This document shows, piece by piece, positions 9,030 to 19,242 of a stretch of DNA of 64,000 bases (the stretch's first letter is position 1; each line of letters starts with the position of its first letter). The DNA lies in IMG/VR virus record IMGVR_UViG_2597490183_000004, positions 1 to 64,000 of that record; one strand, given 5' to 3'. Below the pieces are notes generated by a model. It was not told where the DNA came from, made no database searches, and was given only the letters and a program-made list of their open reading frames with translations. Both the position numbers and the translations under genes were made by a program. Source of the stretch: a virus (taxonomy: Duplodnaviria > Caudoviricetes).

Positions 9030-9925
9030 CCACCACCCAGCCGGCCCCGCCGACCGGACGCCTCCTCGGCAACTTCGAGCCCGGCACGCCCGAATGGCAC
9101 GCCGCCCGCGCCAACGGCATCGGCGGCTCCGAAATCGCCCCCGTCCTCGGCATCAGCCCCCACGAGTCCCGGTTCAGCCTCTGGCACCGCAAGCAGGGCA
9201 ACATCAGCCCCGTCGACGAGTCCCCCCAGATGTACTGGGGCAAGCGCCACGAGCCCACCATCTGCGACGAGTTCGCGCTGCGGCACCCCGAACTCCTCGT
9301 CCTCCCGTCCGGCACCTACGCCGCCGACGGCACCCCGTGGTGGATCGCGAACCCCGACCGGCTCGGCTTCACCGCGGACGGCGACCTCGAAGTCATCGAG
9401 GCGAAGACCGCCTACGACGACCACGAGTGGGGCGACGAAGGCACCGACCAGATCCCCGTCTACTACAAGGCGCAGGTCCGCTGGTACTGCCACGCCCTCG
9501 GCGCCCGCCGCGCACGGGTCGCCGTCCTAATCGGCCTGTCCGACTACCGCGAGTACATCGTCGAACCGGACCCCGCCGACACCGACCTGATGCGCACCGC
9601 AGCGCAGGCGTTCATGGACTCCCTCGCCGCCGGAGTCGCCCCGCCGATCGACGGCCACACCGCCACCTACCAGGCGATCAAGGAAATCCCGGACGGCATG
9701 GAAGACGTCGACGTCCAAGTCGACCACGCCATCGCCCACCGCTACTTCGACGCCCTCGCCGCCGCCAAGGCCGCCGAGGAAGAGAAGCGGCACGCCTCCG
9801 GCCTCGTCCTCGACCTCATCGGCACCGGCCGCCGTGCCGTCGTCGGCGACGACCGCATCGCCACCCGCACCGTCCGCGACGGCCGCACCTACTCACTCCA
9901 GCCCGCCCGCAACAGGAGCATCTGA
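9026..9925 (+). CDS. YqaJ-type (lambda-exonuclease family) recombination exonuclease
   Basis: EWHAARANGIGGSE, ANPDR, IEAKT, YYKAQVRWY. Confidence 0.92.
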   Translation: MTTTQPAPPTGRLLGNFEPGTPEWHAARANGIGGSEIAPVLGISPHESRFSLWHRKQGNISPVDESPQMYWGKRHEPTICDEFALRHPELLVLPSGTYAADGTPWWIANPDRLGFTADGDLEVIEAKTAYDDHEWGDEGTDQIPVYYKAQVRWYCHALGARRARVAVLIGLSDYREYIVEPDPADTDLMRTAAQAFMDSLAAGVAPPIDGHTATYQAIKEIPDGMEDVDVQVDHAIAHRYFDALAAAKAAEEEKRHASGLVLDLIGTGRRAVVGDDRIATRTVRDGRTYSLQPARNRSI

Positions 9926-10734
9926 TGACCGACAACGTGTCCCAGGCCGTCGCCGTCCGCGACAACGGGCCCGAAGCGCTCGTCCAGCACCACCGCGAAG
10001 ACCTCACCCTCGTCCTCCCCACCCACGTCAAGGGCGAGACCTGGATGCGGCTCGCCACCGGCGCCCTCCGCCGCGACGAGAACCTCCGTCGGACCGCCAC
10101 CCGCAACCCCGGCTCCCTCATGAACGCCCTGCTGGAGTGCGCCCGCCTCGGCCACGAGCCCGGCACCGACGCCTTCTACCTCGTGCCGTTCGGCAACGAG
10201 GTCCAGGGAATCGAGGGCTACCGCGGCATCGTCGAGCGCATCTACCGGGCCGGCTCCGTCAAGGCCGTCAAGGCCGAAGTCGTCTACGCCAAGGACCACT
10301 TCGAGTACAGCCCCGACATGGCCCGCCCCGTGCACCGGCCGGACTACTTCGGCGACCGCGGCCACATCGTCGGCGCCTACGCCTACGGGGTGTTCGCAGA
10401 CGGCTCGACCTCCAAGGTCGTCGTCATCAACCGGGCGTACATCGACAAGGTCAAGAAAGAGTCCAAGGGCAGCGACCGCGCCTCCTCCCCCTGGGTGAAG
10501 TGGGAAGAGTCGATGGTCCTCAAGACCGTCGCCCGCCGCCTAGAACCCTGGGTTCCGACCGCCGTCGAGTGGCGCAACGAAACGCCCACCATCCAGCCGG
10601 TAGCCGCGCTTCCTGCCGCCGCCGGCCCGGCGGCCATCACCGCGGACCACGACAACGACGAAGGCCCCGTTGAGGGCGAACTGGAGCCCGAGGGCGGCTG
10701 GCCCGACGTCGCCCAGCCCGGATCCGCCGCCTGA
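9925..10734 (+). CDS. recT: RecT family single-strand annealing recombinase
   Basis: SLMNALLECARLGHEP, FYLVPF, GYRG, PWVKWEESMVLKTV; follows the YqaJ gene. Confidence 0.92.
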   Translation: MTDNVSQAVAVRDNGPEALVQHHREDLTLVLPTHVKGETWMRLATGALRRDENLRRTATRNPGSLMNALLECARLGHEPGTDAFYLVPFGNEVQGIEGYRGIVERIYRAGSVKAVKAEVVYAKDHFEYSPDMARPVHRPDYFGDRGHIVGAYAYGVFADGSTSKVVVINRAYIDKVKKESKGSDRASSPWVKWEESMVLKTVARRLEPWVPTAVEWRNETPTIQPVAALPAAAGPAAITADHDNDEGPVEGELEPEGGWPDVAQPGSAA

Positions 10735-10814
10735 CCCACGCGCATGTCGGGGCCGCCGCGGCCCGAACCTGCGGCGGCCCCACCTTCCAGCACGCCACAC
10801 GCCAGGAGGAACCC

Positions 10815-11735
10815 GTGAAGACCCTCATCAGCGCACCCGATCCCGAGCCGACCGGATCACCCTTCGACTCCATACGGCGCCTCCGGGAGGACGGTGTGGA
10901 GTACTGGAGTGCGCGAGAGCTAATGCCTCTGCTCGGCTACAAGAAGTGGGAGCGCTTCGCTGACGCAGTCGAGCAGGCTCGCAGTGTCATCGAGGCCGAG
11001 AACGGATCGCTTGCAGCAGAGCAGGAAGCTTCCCTGCAGCGGGAAGCTTTCGGTCGCACGCGTCAAATCGGCGACAACTACTGGCTGTCTCGCAGAGCGT
11101 CCTACCTGACCGCGATGCGCGGCGACTCTCGCAAGCCAGAGATCAGGGCTGCACTCATCTACTTCGCAAACCGCACTCGCGAAGCTGAACTGGGCCACGC
11201 TTCGCAGTTCTCGATCCCGACGACCTTCGCTGGCGCTCTCGCCCTCGCCGCACAGCAGGCGGCGGAACTGGAGGAGACCCGCACCGAGGTTGCCGAACTG
11301 GTGGCGATGAACGCCAGGCTGTCGCCGCAGGCGCGGGTCGCCGACCAGTACGAGGCGAACCCGGGAATCACACCCACTGCATTCCACAAGGCGTGGTTTC
11401 CGCTCGTGCCGGAGCGGGACTTCTTCGAGCACCTGTACTCCGAGAACTACCTCATCGACCAGCGGAACGCCCGGTGGGACAAGGAGAAGAAGCAGCGCCG
11501 CGACGGGCCGGAGCACTACAACCCGACCGCCAAAGGCAAACGCTACTTCTACCTTGAGCCCAAGATCGACGCGAAAGGAATCCGGCGCCAGCAGACACGG
11601 GTACTTCCGGGCGGTGCAGAGCACGACCTCGTAGCCGCCTTGGAGAGGGACGGGCTACCTTCGCGCAACCAGCCACCTCTTCCCGGCGCCCCGGTCGTGA
11701 GGTTCGTGCGACGTCGGACTGGCGGTGCTCGATGA
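10815..11735 (+). CDS. antirepressor-like protein (BRO/DinD-like N-terminus, KilAC-like C-terminus)
   Basis: SPFDSIRR...EYWSARELMPLLGY; IPTTFAGALALAA. Confidence 0.75.
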   Translation: MKTLISAPDPEPTGSPFDSIRRLREDGVEYWSARELMPLLGYKKWERFADAVEQARSVIEAENGSLAAEQEASLQREAFGRTRQIGDNYWLSRRASYLTAMRGDSRKPEIRAALIYFANRTREAELGHASQFSIPTTFAGALALAAQQAAELEETRTEVAELVAMNARLSPQARVADQYEANPGITPTAFHKAWFPLVPERDFFEHLYSENYLIDQRNARWDKEKKQRRDGPEHYNPTAKGKRYFYLEPKIDAKGIRRQQTRVLPGGAEHDLVAALERDGLPSRNQPPLPGAPVVRFVRRRTGGAR

Positions 11736-12067
11736 CCGCCAAACAGCCCCTCCTCGACGGCACGTTCCCCGACCCGGCACAGCAGCAGTCCGCCGACTAC
11801 GAGACGTGGCTGGCCGTCGTCTGGCCCGTCTTCATAGCCGCCGCGGCGACCGGCAAGGTCTTCACCTGCTACTCGGTGGCCGACACCAACAAGCTCCCCA
11901 ACCCGCCCAGCCCGCAGGCGCATTGGGGACGCCTTATGACCCTGCTCCGGGACGAGGGCTACATCCGCACCGCCGGATGGGCGTGCTCCGACCGGCCCAC
12001 CACCCACCACAGCGGCGTCCGCACCTGGAAAGGCACCGCGGCGGCACGACGGGAGGCAGCCGCATGA
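11732..12067 (+). CDS. phage hypothetical protein
   Basis: Coupled ORF ending REAAA. Confidence 0.7.
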   Translation: MTAKQPLLDGTFPDPAQQQSADYETWLAVVWPVFIAAAATGKVFTCYSVADTNKLPNPPSPQAHWGRLMTLLRDEGYIRTAGWACSDRPTTHHSGVRTWKGTAAARREAAA

Positions 12068-12408
12068 AGGACCTCGACACGATCCCCGCCGCCGGCCAGG
12101 CGCTCGCCGCGGTCCACACCGCGGTCGACCAGGTCATCAACGCCGCCCTGTTCTACGGCCCCGGTGTACTGGCCCTCACCGGCGCGGTCGCCGCGTTCCG
12201 GGCCTGCGCGTGGGCCGCCGACCGGTACCACCAGCTGCTCCGGGACCGGGCCGACCGGCGGGCCTACACCGCCCGCGCGTTCCGGCTCTGCCGCGTCGCC
12301 GACAACACCGACGCCGTCATGGCCGGCACGCCCGCCGACGACCTCACCCGCTACCTCGACAACAAGCTCGCAGCCACCCCAGACCTCGCCCCGGAGGAAG
12401 GCCGATGA
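12064..12408 (+). CDS. phage hypothetical protein with TM segment
   Basis: GGAGG RBS, ATGA overlap. Confidence 0.6.
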   Translation: MKDLDTIPAAGQALAAVHTAVDQVINAALFYGPGVLALTGAVAAFRACAWAADRYHQLLRDRADRRAYTARAFRLCRVADNTDAVMAGTPADDLTRYLDNKLAATPDLAPEEGR

Positions 12409-13253
12409 CCACCGCCACCACTCGGGAAGCCCCGCACCACAACACCCTCACCTGCGTAAAGGACTACAACTGCTGGCTCCCTGCCTGCCGCGACCGGTAC
12501 AAGGCCTATCAGCGCACCCGGTACCACGCCATCACCGCCGGAACCTGGGAACCCCTCGTCGACGCCGCCCCCGTCCGCCAGCACCTCACCCGCCTCTATG
12601 CCGCCGGCTTCTCACCGAACCGCATCGGCGAACTCACCAACCTCCCCTACGAAACCGTCATCGGCTTCACCCAAGTTCACGGGTTCAGCGGCAAGCGCCG
12701 CTCACGCAAGCGCCGCTGCAACCCCGAAACCGCAGCAAAGATCCTTGCCATCCAGCCCGGCGAGCACCTGCCCGGGAAGACCGACGCCACCGGAACCCGG
12801 CGCCGCATCCAGGCCCTCGTCGCCGCCGGCTGGCCTCTGTCCCACCTCGGCCCCCGGTTCGGACTGTCCGAGCGCACCACCGGAGCCCTCCTGACCCAGG
12901 ACCGGGTGTACGGGCGCACCGCCGAAAAGGTCACCCGGGTCTACAACGAACTCTCAGACCAGAAGCCGGCGAAGCACGGAATCTCCCGCCGCAGCATCAC
13001 CAGGTCGAAGGCCCGTGCCCAGCGCAACAGGTGGGCCACCATCGGCTACTGGGCGACCCGGGCCGACGCCATCGACGACCCGCACTTCACCCCCGACTAC
13101 AAGGTCACCAAGGCGGAGATCCTCGCCGAGGAAACCCGGTGGCTCATCGAAACCGTTGGCCTCACCCGCACGGAAGTCGCCGAACGTCTCGGGAAGGACC
13201 GGTCCTACATCGACCGGGTGCTCCTCCAAGCCGACGTGAAGGCGGCTGCCTGA
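12405..13253 (+). CDS. multi-HTH phage DNA-binding protein
   Basis: GTRRRIQALVAAGWPLSHL and GLTRTEVAERLGKDRSYI HTH motifs; N-terminal Cys cluster. Confidence 0.75.
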   Translation: MTTATTREAPHHNTLTCVKDYNCWLPACRDRYKAYQRTRYHAITAGTWEPLVDAAPVRQHLTRLYAAGFSPNRIGELTNLPYETVIGFTQVHGFSGKRRSRKRRCNPETAAKILAIQPGEHLPGKTDATGTRRRIQALVAAGWPLSHLGPRFGLSERTTGALLTQDRVYGRTAEKVTRVYNELSDQKPAKHGISRRSITRSKARAQRNRWATIGYWATRADAIDDPHFTPDYKVTKAEILAEETRWLIETVGLTRTEVAERLGKDRSYIDRVLLQADVKAAA

Positions 13254-13657
13254 TGTCCCGGGCCGCGATCGCCGAACTCCTCCAGGACGGCCTGTCCGAC
13301 AAGGCCATAGCCCGGCAGGTCCACGTCCACCGACGCACCATCGCCGGGATCCGCACCGAGCTCGGCATGCCCGCACACAAGCCCGGCCCCACCCCCAGCA
13401 ACCCCGAAGACCTGTTCTGGCGGCGCACCCAGCCCACCGACGACGGGCACCTCCTGTGGACCAGCACCAGCCGGCAACTGCGGGGCGGCGACAACAAGCT
13501 GTCCGTCCACCGGGTCGCGTTCCGCATCGGCAACCAGCGGGACCCGGTCGGCAACGTCACCACCGGCTGCGGGCAGGCCCGGTGCGTCCACCCCACGCAC
13601 GTCGAAGACCAGCCGATGCGACAGCAGTACAAGGCGATCTTCGGGGAGGCGGCATGA
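13253..13657 (+). CDS. HTH plus degenerate HNH/His-Me finger protein
   Basis: GLSDKAIARQVHVHRRTI; VHRVAF...GCGQARCVHPTHV. Confidence 0.7.
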   Translation: MSRAAIAELLQDGLSDKAIARQVHVHRRTIAGIRTELGMPAHKPGPTPSNPEDLFWRRTQPTDDGHLLWTSTSRQLRGGDNKLSVHRVAFRIGNQRDPVGNVTTGCGQARCVHPTHVEDQPMRQQYKAIFGEAA

Positions 13658-13890
13658 CCACCGACCTGGCATGGCAGGAAGCGGCCCTCTGCGCCCAGAC
13701 CGACCCAGACGCCCACTTCCCCGAAGTCGGCGGCAGCGCCCGGGACGCGAAGAAAACCTGCCTGGCCTGCGACGTGCAACCCGAATGCCTGGCCTTCGCG
13801 CTCGACACCGGGCAGCGCCACGGGGTGTGGGGCGGGCTCGGCGAACGAGAACTCCGGCGGGCCACCGCACAGCTGAGGCGGGTCGCATGA
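13654..13890 (+). CDS. WhiB-family Fe-S transcriptional regulator
   Basis: WQEAALCAQTDPD...AKKTCLACDVQPECL...GVWGG. Confidence 0.95.
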   Translation: MTTDLAWQEAALCAQTDPDAHFPEVGGSARDAKKTCLACDVQPECLAFALDTGQRHGVWGGLGERELRRATAQLRRVA

Positions 13891-14117
13891 GCACTGGCGG
13901 ATCACCCACACGGGTGGTCCGCCATGCCCAGTTTCCGGCTGACGTCCCGCCAAGGAAGCGCTCCGACGAGTCACTCACCAGCGACACGAGACAGAGGGTT
14001 TGCGCACGTCAGAGGCCTACGCAAACCCAACGCCCGGTGACACAGGCGGGCTCACGCACAACGATCCAGGCACAACAAAACCCCGCCGTGGCGGGGGAGG
14101 GAGGAGGGGACGTGACG

Positions 14118-14321
14118 TCAGTCCGAGTCGGTCTTCATGCGGCCGATCAGGTCGGCGGTCTCGGCCGCCTTCTTTCGCCGCCAAGCGTTGACGCGCTTCC
14201 GGGCATGACGTCGCAGGTCGTCGCCGCGGGAGGTCCCTTCCTCCTCGCACAGCTTCCCGTAGTCGGCCCAGGTCTCGTCGTCGATCCGGACCATGCGGCC
14301 GGGCGTCCCCTTCGTCGTCAT
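14118..14321 (-). CDS. ribbon-helix-helix (CopG-like) regulator divergent from the methyltransferase
   Basis: MTTKGTPGRMVRIDDETWADYGKLCEEEGTSRGDDLRRH. Confidence 0.7.
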   Translation of the reverse strand: MTTKGTPGRMVRIDDETWADYGKLCEEEGTSRGDDLRRHARKRVNAWRRKKAAETADLIGRMKTDSD

Positions 14322-14512
14322 GTCGACAGGGTAGCTGACCGTCTTCTGTCTACACACCCTGCGGCCCGGAATTCTCTCGTAGGTGTACTGACGGTGCCTG
14401 TACACCTTGCTACAGTCGAAGCACGCCGAGAGGCCGCGGAATCAAGCGGCCACAAGGGCTTGGTTCCGTGCGCCGCAATCTGCGCGACACACCACACGAA
14501 GGGCATCACTCG

Positions 14513-15925
14513 ATGACTCTCACGAACATCCGCACCCTCGCCGGAGACACCACCGACGGCTTCGCCGGAGCAGGCGGCTCCTCCGAAGGCGCACGCCAGG
14601 CCGGTGTCATCGTCCGCACCGCCCTGAATCACTGGCGGCTCGCCGTCGACGTCCACCAGGCCAACCACCCCGACACCGCCCACGACTGCGCCGACATCTC
14701 CCAGGTCGACCCGCGGCGCTACGCCACCACCACGTTCGCCTGGTTCTCCCCGTCCTGCACCAACCACTCAATCGCCCAGGGTAAGAAGCGCCACCAAGAC
14801 GCCACCCCCGACCTGTTCGGCGAGATCCTCCCCGACGAAGCCGCAGAACGGTCCCGAGCCACCATGTGGGACGTCATCCGCTTCGCCGAGTTCCACGAGT
14901 ACCGGGCGATCATCGTCGAGAACGTCGTCGACGCCCGCGAATGGATCCTCTGGCCCGCCTGGATCGCCGCATTCCAGGCCCTCCGCTACCGGTTCAAGCT
15001 CGTCTGCCTCAACTCCATGCATGCCACCGCCCTCGGCGACGGCGCCCCCCAGTCCCGCGACCGCATGTACGTCGTCCTCTGGCGCGACGGCGAGAAGGAG
15101 CCGGACTTCGACAAGTGGCTGCGCCCCACCGCCCACTGCACCAGCTGCGACCGGGTCGTGCGGGCCGTCCAGGCGTGGAAGAACCCGCGGCGTCAGTACG
15201 GCAAGTACAAGACCCAGTACGTGTGGCGGTGCCCCACCGTCCGCTGCCACGCCGAGGTGTTCCCCGCGGTCCGGCCGGCCTCCGACGCCATCGACTGGGC
15301 GCTACCTGCGCAGCGGATCGGCGACCGTGCACGGCCGCTCGCCGAGAAGACCATGAAGCGGATCCGGGACGGCTTCACCGCCTACTCGAAGCCGCTCCTG
15401 GTCCCTGTCGAAGGACGCGAAGGGAAGGTCGCGCGGCCCGCCGACCTGCCGATGCGGACGTGCACGGCCCGCAACGAAACCGGGGTGACCGTCCCGCCGT
15501 ACATGGTCGAGCTCCGCGGCGGATCGTCCTCGCACCGGGCAGTGTCCGAGCCGCTCGCCACCGTCTGCGCCTCCGGCAACCACCACGGCCTCGCCGTCCC
15601 CGACATGGTCGTCCCCTACTACGGCAACGCCAACGCCCGCCCCGCATCCGAGCCGATCCCGACCGTCACCACCGTCGACCGCCACGGGCTCCTCGCGGGC
15701 GGCGTCGTCACCGCGGTTGAGGACCTCGGCTTCCGAATGCTGGAGCCGGCCGAGTACGCCCGGGCCATGGAGTTCCCCACCTCCTACCTGTGGCTCGGCA
15801 ACAAGCGCGAACGCGTCCGCATGGCTGGCAACGCCGTCACCCCGCCCGCCGCCCGGGACCTCTTCGCCATGGTCTCCGAAGCCATCCTCGGCACCTCCTA
15901 CGAGCCGCTCGGCGCCGCCGCGTGA
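14513..15925 (+). CDS. orphan C5 cytosine DNA methyltransferase
   Basis: FAGAGG (motif I), SPSC, ENV, QSRDR, GNAV; no cognate REase seen. Confidence 0.92.
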   Translation: MTLTNIRTLAGDTTDGFAGAGGSSEGARQAGVIVRTALNHWRLAVDVHQANHPDTAHDCADISQVDPRRYATTTFAWFSPSCTNHSIAQGKKRHQDATPDLFGEILPDEAAERSRATMWDVIRFAEFHEYRAIIVENVVDAREWILWPAWIAAFQALRYRFKLVCLNSMHATALGDGAPQSRDRMYVVLWRDGEKEPDFDKWLRPTAHCTSCDRVVRAVQAWKNPRRQYGKYKTQYVWRCPTVRCHAEVFPAVRPASDAIDWALPAQRIGDRARPLAEKTMKRIRDGFTAYSKPLLVPVEGREGKVARPADLPMRTCTARNETGVTVPPYMVELRGGSSSHRAVSEPLATVCASGNHHGLAVPDMVVPYYGNANARPASEPIPTVTTVDRHGLLAGGVVTAVEDLGFRMLEPAEYARAMEFPTSYLWLGNKRERVRMAGNAVTPPAARDLFAMVSEAILGTSYEPLGAAA

Positions 15926-16018
15926 CGCCCCGCCCGGACCCCGCCCCCACCTGACCCGGCCGCGGGCCCCACACCGCTGACAGCCCGTACCTATCCGCAC
16001 CGCAGGAAAGAAGATCCC

Positions 16019-16975
16019 GTGAGCAAAGAGGCCATGGACTGGGCGCTCGAATACGCCCCGCCGATGCCGTCTCAGCTTGTCGCCACGCTGAGCGGGCTCG
16101 CTCGGCACGCCGACAAGAAGGGACGCGGCACCTACCCCTCTGTTGCCCGACTGGCCGCCTACGCCTGCAAGTCGGAGCGGTCGGTGCAGCGGGACCTTGT
16201 GGAGCTCCGGAAGCTCGGACTGATCCGGTACGGGGACCAGTCCAAGGCGAATCACCTGCCGGAGGGGAAGCGCCCGGAGGTCTACGACCTGGCTCTCGAA
16301 CTGGCCGTTCCGGACGGTCGCGCCGGCCGGGATGAGGTGACGCGGGCGTCACGGGTGACGCTGGCGTCATCCCGTAGGCGCGGTGGGAAGAGGAAGCCCA
16401 GCTCGGACCCGGTCGAGTCCGGTTTGACGGGTGACGTGGACGTCAGGGGTGACGTGGACGTCACCGGTGACGCCGACGTCGCGGAAGGGGTGACGTCCAC
16501 GTCGCAGGAGGGGCGACGTCCACGTCACCCAAACCAACTACCTGAACCAAAAGAAGAACCAAAAGACTCCGGCCCGCCTCCGGCGAGCGACTCCGCCCCC
16601 GGCCCCCAGTCGCTCTTCGACGAGCCGGACGCCCCGATCCAGCTCACGGCCAAGCAGCAGCAGGACGCCGACTTCGACGCCTGGTACGCGCTCTACCCGC
16701 GCAAGGAGAACCGGGGCAAGGCCCGGCTCGCCTTCGCCGCCGCGATCAAGAGGGGCGTCAAGCCCGACCACCTCATCACCGCCCTGCACAAGCACCGCGA
16801 CCACTGGGTCGCCTGCAAGACCGAAACCAAGTTCATCCCGCACCCGACGACCTGGCTCAACGGCGAGCGGTACGACGACGAACTCACCACCCCGGCCAAC
16901 CGGTGGAACGGCCCAGCCCCCACCGCCCCCATCTCAATGACTGACGAGGAGAAGAAGCGTGCACTCCGATTCTGA
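16019..16975 (+). CDS. phage replication initiator (N-terminal HTH)
   Basis: YPSVARLAAYACKSERSVQRDL; FDAWYALYPRK; FIPHPTTWLNGERYDDE. Confidence 0.85.
   Translation: MSKEAMDWALEYAPPMPSQLVATLSGLARHADKKGRGTYPSVARLAAYACKSERSVQRDLVELRKLGLIRYGDQSKANHLPEGKRPEVYDLALELAVPDGRAGRDEVTRASRVTLASSRRRGGKRKPSSDPVESGLTGDVDVRGDVDVTGDADVAEGVTSTSQEGRRPRHPNQLPEPKEEPKDSGPPPASDSAPGPQSLFDEPDAPIQLTAKQQQDADFDAWYALYPRKENRGKARLAFAAAIKRGVKPDHLITALHKHRDHWVACKTETKFIPHPTTWLNGERYDDELTTPANRWNGPAPTAPISMTDEEKKRALRF
16338..16527. repeat. seven iteron-like palindromes YGACG-N4-CGTCR inside rep (putative origin)
   Basis: Copies start at 16338, 16356, 16432, 16450, 16468, 16491 and 16514; 18-bp period within clusters. Confidence 0.8.
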
Positions 16976-17576
16976 CGGCCCCGACCTCCGCAAGGAGTGG
17001 CTGCAGCAGCGCACCAACGGCGCCCTGTCCCGGTTCCACGACACGACCCCGCTGATCTACCGCAAGCGCATCGACGTCCCGAAGGAGGTCACCGACTGGG
17101 TGGCCGGCTGGGGCAGCAGCAGCCTGTTCCTCACCGGGCACATCGGTGTGGGGAAGACCCACACGGCGTGGGAGACGTGCCGCCTGTGGCTGAAGGCGTT
17201 CTACGGGCCTGAGCGCCCGTGGAACGGGGCGGCGAACATCTACACCTACCGGTCCACGGCCCTGTTTGACGCGCTGCGCCCGGACGGCCCGGACGAGGTC
17301 CGCCGCACCCTGATCAAGACGTTGCAGGACGCGGACTTGGTGTTCGTCGACGACCTGGCCGCACCGAAGGTCACCGAGTGGACGCAGGAGCGCCTGTTCG
17401 AGATCTTCGACGAGCGGTACATCCAGCAGCGCCCCGTGATCATCACGAGCGATGTGCTGCCGTCCGACCTCGGTCCCGTGACCGGACCGCGGGTCGCATC
17501 CCGTCTGGGGGAGATGTGCCGGGACAGCGTCGTCTGGCTCGAAGGCGACGACCGGCGGCGAGGCGAAGCCGCATGA
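16959..17576 (+). CDS. DnaC/IstB-like helicase loader ATPase
   Basis: GHIGVGKT Walker A, VFVDDL Walker B, RVASRL arginine finger. Confidence 0.9.
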   Translation: MHSDSDGPDLRKEWLQQRTNGALSRFHDTTPLIYRKRIDVPKEVTDWVAGWGSSSLFLTGHIGVGKTHTAWETCRLWLKAFYGPERPWNGAANIYTYRSTALFDALRPDGPDEVRRTLIKTLQDADLVFVDDLAAPKVTEWTQERLFEIFDERYIQQRPVIITSDVLPSDLGPVTGPRVASRLGEMCRDSVVWLEGDDRRRGEAA

Positions 17577-17869
17577 ACATCCTCATCTGCCGTGCGCAGC
17601 GCTACCCGATACGCCGCATTCTTCGCTGCCCCACCTGCAAGACCCGCCGTCGCATGCTCTGCCACGACGAGGCCTGGTACGGCACCACCGTCACCTGCTG
17701 CCACTGCGGAGATCGCTGGCAGGACGGTGAACGCAGCCAACGTCCCAACCGCCGCGGCTGGCGCACTGAAGCCGCCGCCAACGCCGCCACCGCATGGATC
17801 GCGGCCGGGCCCTACGACCCCGCCGCTCACCGTCACTGGCTCAACGAACAGATCGGAACCAGCGCATGA
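17573..17869 (+). CDS. zinc-ribbon hypothetical protein
   Basis: CPTC...CCHCG; coupled. Confidence 0.65.
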   Translation: MNILICRAQRYPIRRILRCPTCKTRRRMLCHDEAWYGTTVTCCHCGDRWQDGERSQRPNRRGWRTEAAANAATAWIAAGPYDPAAHRHWLNEQIGTSA

Positions 17870-19242
17870 CCACCGACATGTGGCAGCCCCCCGTCGAGGA
17901 CATGGCCCCCGACACCATGCCCGGCGGCCCGTCCGTCTTCGAAGACGAACGCATCATCGCCGCCTCCGTCATGGCCCGCCCCGACCTCATCGACGAACTC
18001 GCCGCCGAGTTCGACCCCGCCGACATCCAGGACGACCGCTACCGGTGGGTGTGGAACGCCGTCGACGAAATCCGGCAGAACCTCACCGACGACGAAATCC
18101 GGTGGCAAGCCGTCAACCGGCAACTCCAGGCGTGGAAAGCCATCGGCTACATGCCGATCGTGCCGCTCGCCCTCGACCAGCTCGCTCGCCTCTACGACGA
18201 AGCCAGGCCCAGCTACTCGTCCGCGGCCTGGCACGCCCAGCAGATCACCAAGGCGTCCGTCGCCCGCCGGTGCCTTGCCCTCGCCGCGGACATCAACGTC
18301 CGCGCCCGGTCCGCTGGCTTCAACCCCGACGTCGACATCGCCGCCGCCCAGGACGCCCTCGACAGCCTCACCCGGCAAGACGGGGCCAGCACCCCGTCCC
18401 TCGTCGGCGAACTCATCGGCGGCGCCCTGGAAAGGGCCATCACCCCGCCCAGCAACGAGAACCGCATCCCCACCGGGTTCATGGACCTCGACGGCACCCT
18501 CACCGGCGGATTCGCCCCCGGCCAGCTGATCGTGATCGCGGCCCGCCCAGCGATCGGGAAGTCGACGCTCGGCCTCGGCCTCGCCCGAGCCGCCGCAATC
18601 AAGCACGGCATCCCGACCCTGTTCGAGTCGCTGGAGATGGGCGACGAGGAGATGACCAACAGCATCCTCGCCGCCGAAGCCCGCATCGGCCTCCACCACA
18701 TCAAGCAGGGCGCCGTCGACGACGAAGGCATGGCCCGCGCCGCCCGCATCACACCCAAGATCACCGCAGCGCCGCTGTACCTCAACGACAGCTCCAGCCT
18801 GTCCCTGCCGATCCTCCGCGGCCGAGTCCGCCACATGATCCGCACCGTCGGGCTGCGCATCGTGTTCATCGACTACCTGCAGCTCATGGACGCCCCCAAG
18901 GCAGAGAACCGGCAGGCGGAAGTCTCCAAGCTCACCCGCGGACTCAAGCTCATGGCTAAGGAGTTCGGGATCGTCATCGTGATCCTTGCCCAGCTCAACC
19001 GCGGGCCGGAGCAGCGCACCGACAAGAAGCCGATGGTGTCCGACCTCCGCGAGTCCGGGGCGATCGAGCAGGACGCCGACATCGTCATCCTGCTCCACCG
19101 CGAGGACGCCTACGACAAGGAGTCCGCGCGGGCCGGCGAAGCCGACTTCATCGTCGGCAAGCACAGGGCGGGACCGACCGGAACGATCACCACAGCGGCG
19201 GCCCTCCACTACGCGTCGTTCCTAGACATGGCCAACACGTGA
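17866..19242 (+). CDS. dnaB: replicative DNA helicase (DnaB family)
   Basis: AARPAIGKS, FIDYLQL, LAQLNR, DLRESGAIEQDAD. Confidence 0.96.
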   Translation: MTTDMWQPPVEDMAPDTMPGGPSVFEDERIIAASVMARPDLIDELAAEFDPADIQDDRYRWVWNAVDEIRQNLTDDEIRWQAVNRQLQAWKAIGYMPIVPLALDQLARLYDEARPSYSSAAWHAQQITKASVARRCLALAADINVRARSAGFNPDVDIAAAQDALDSLTRQDGASTPSLVGELIGGALERAITPPSNENRIPTGFMDLDGTLTGGFAPGQLIVIAARPAIGKSTLGLGLARAAAIKHGIPTLFESLEMGDEEMTNSILAAEARIGLHHIKQGAVDDEGMARAARITPKITAAPLYLNDSSSLSLPILRGRVRHMIRTVGLRIVFIDYLQLMDAPKAENRQAEVSKLTRGLKLMAKEFGIVIVILAQLNRGPEQRTDKKPMVSDLRESGAIEQDADIVILLHREDAYDKESARAGEADFIVGKHRAGPTGTITTAAALHYASFLDMANT

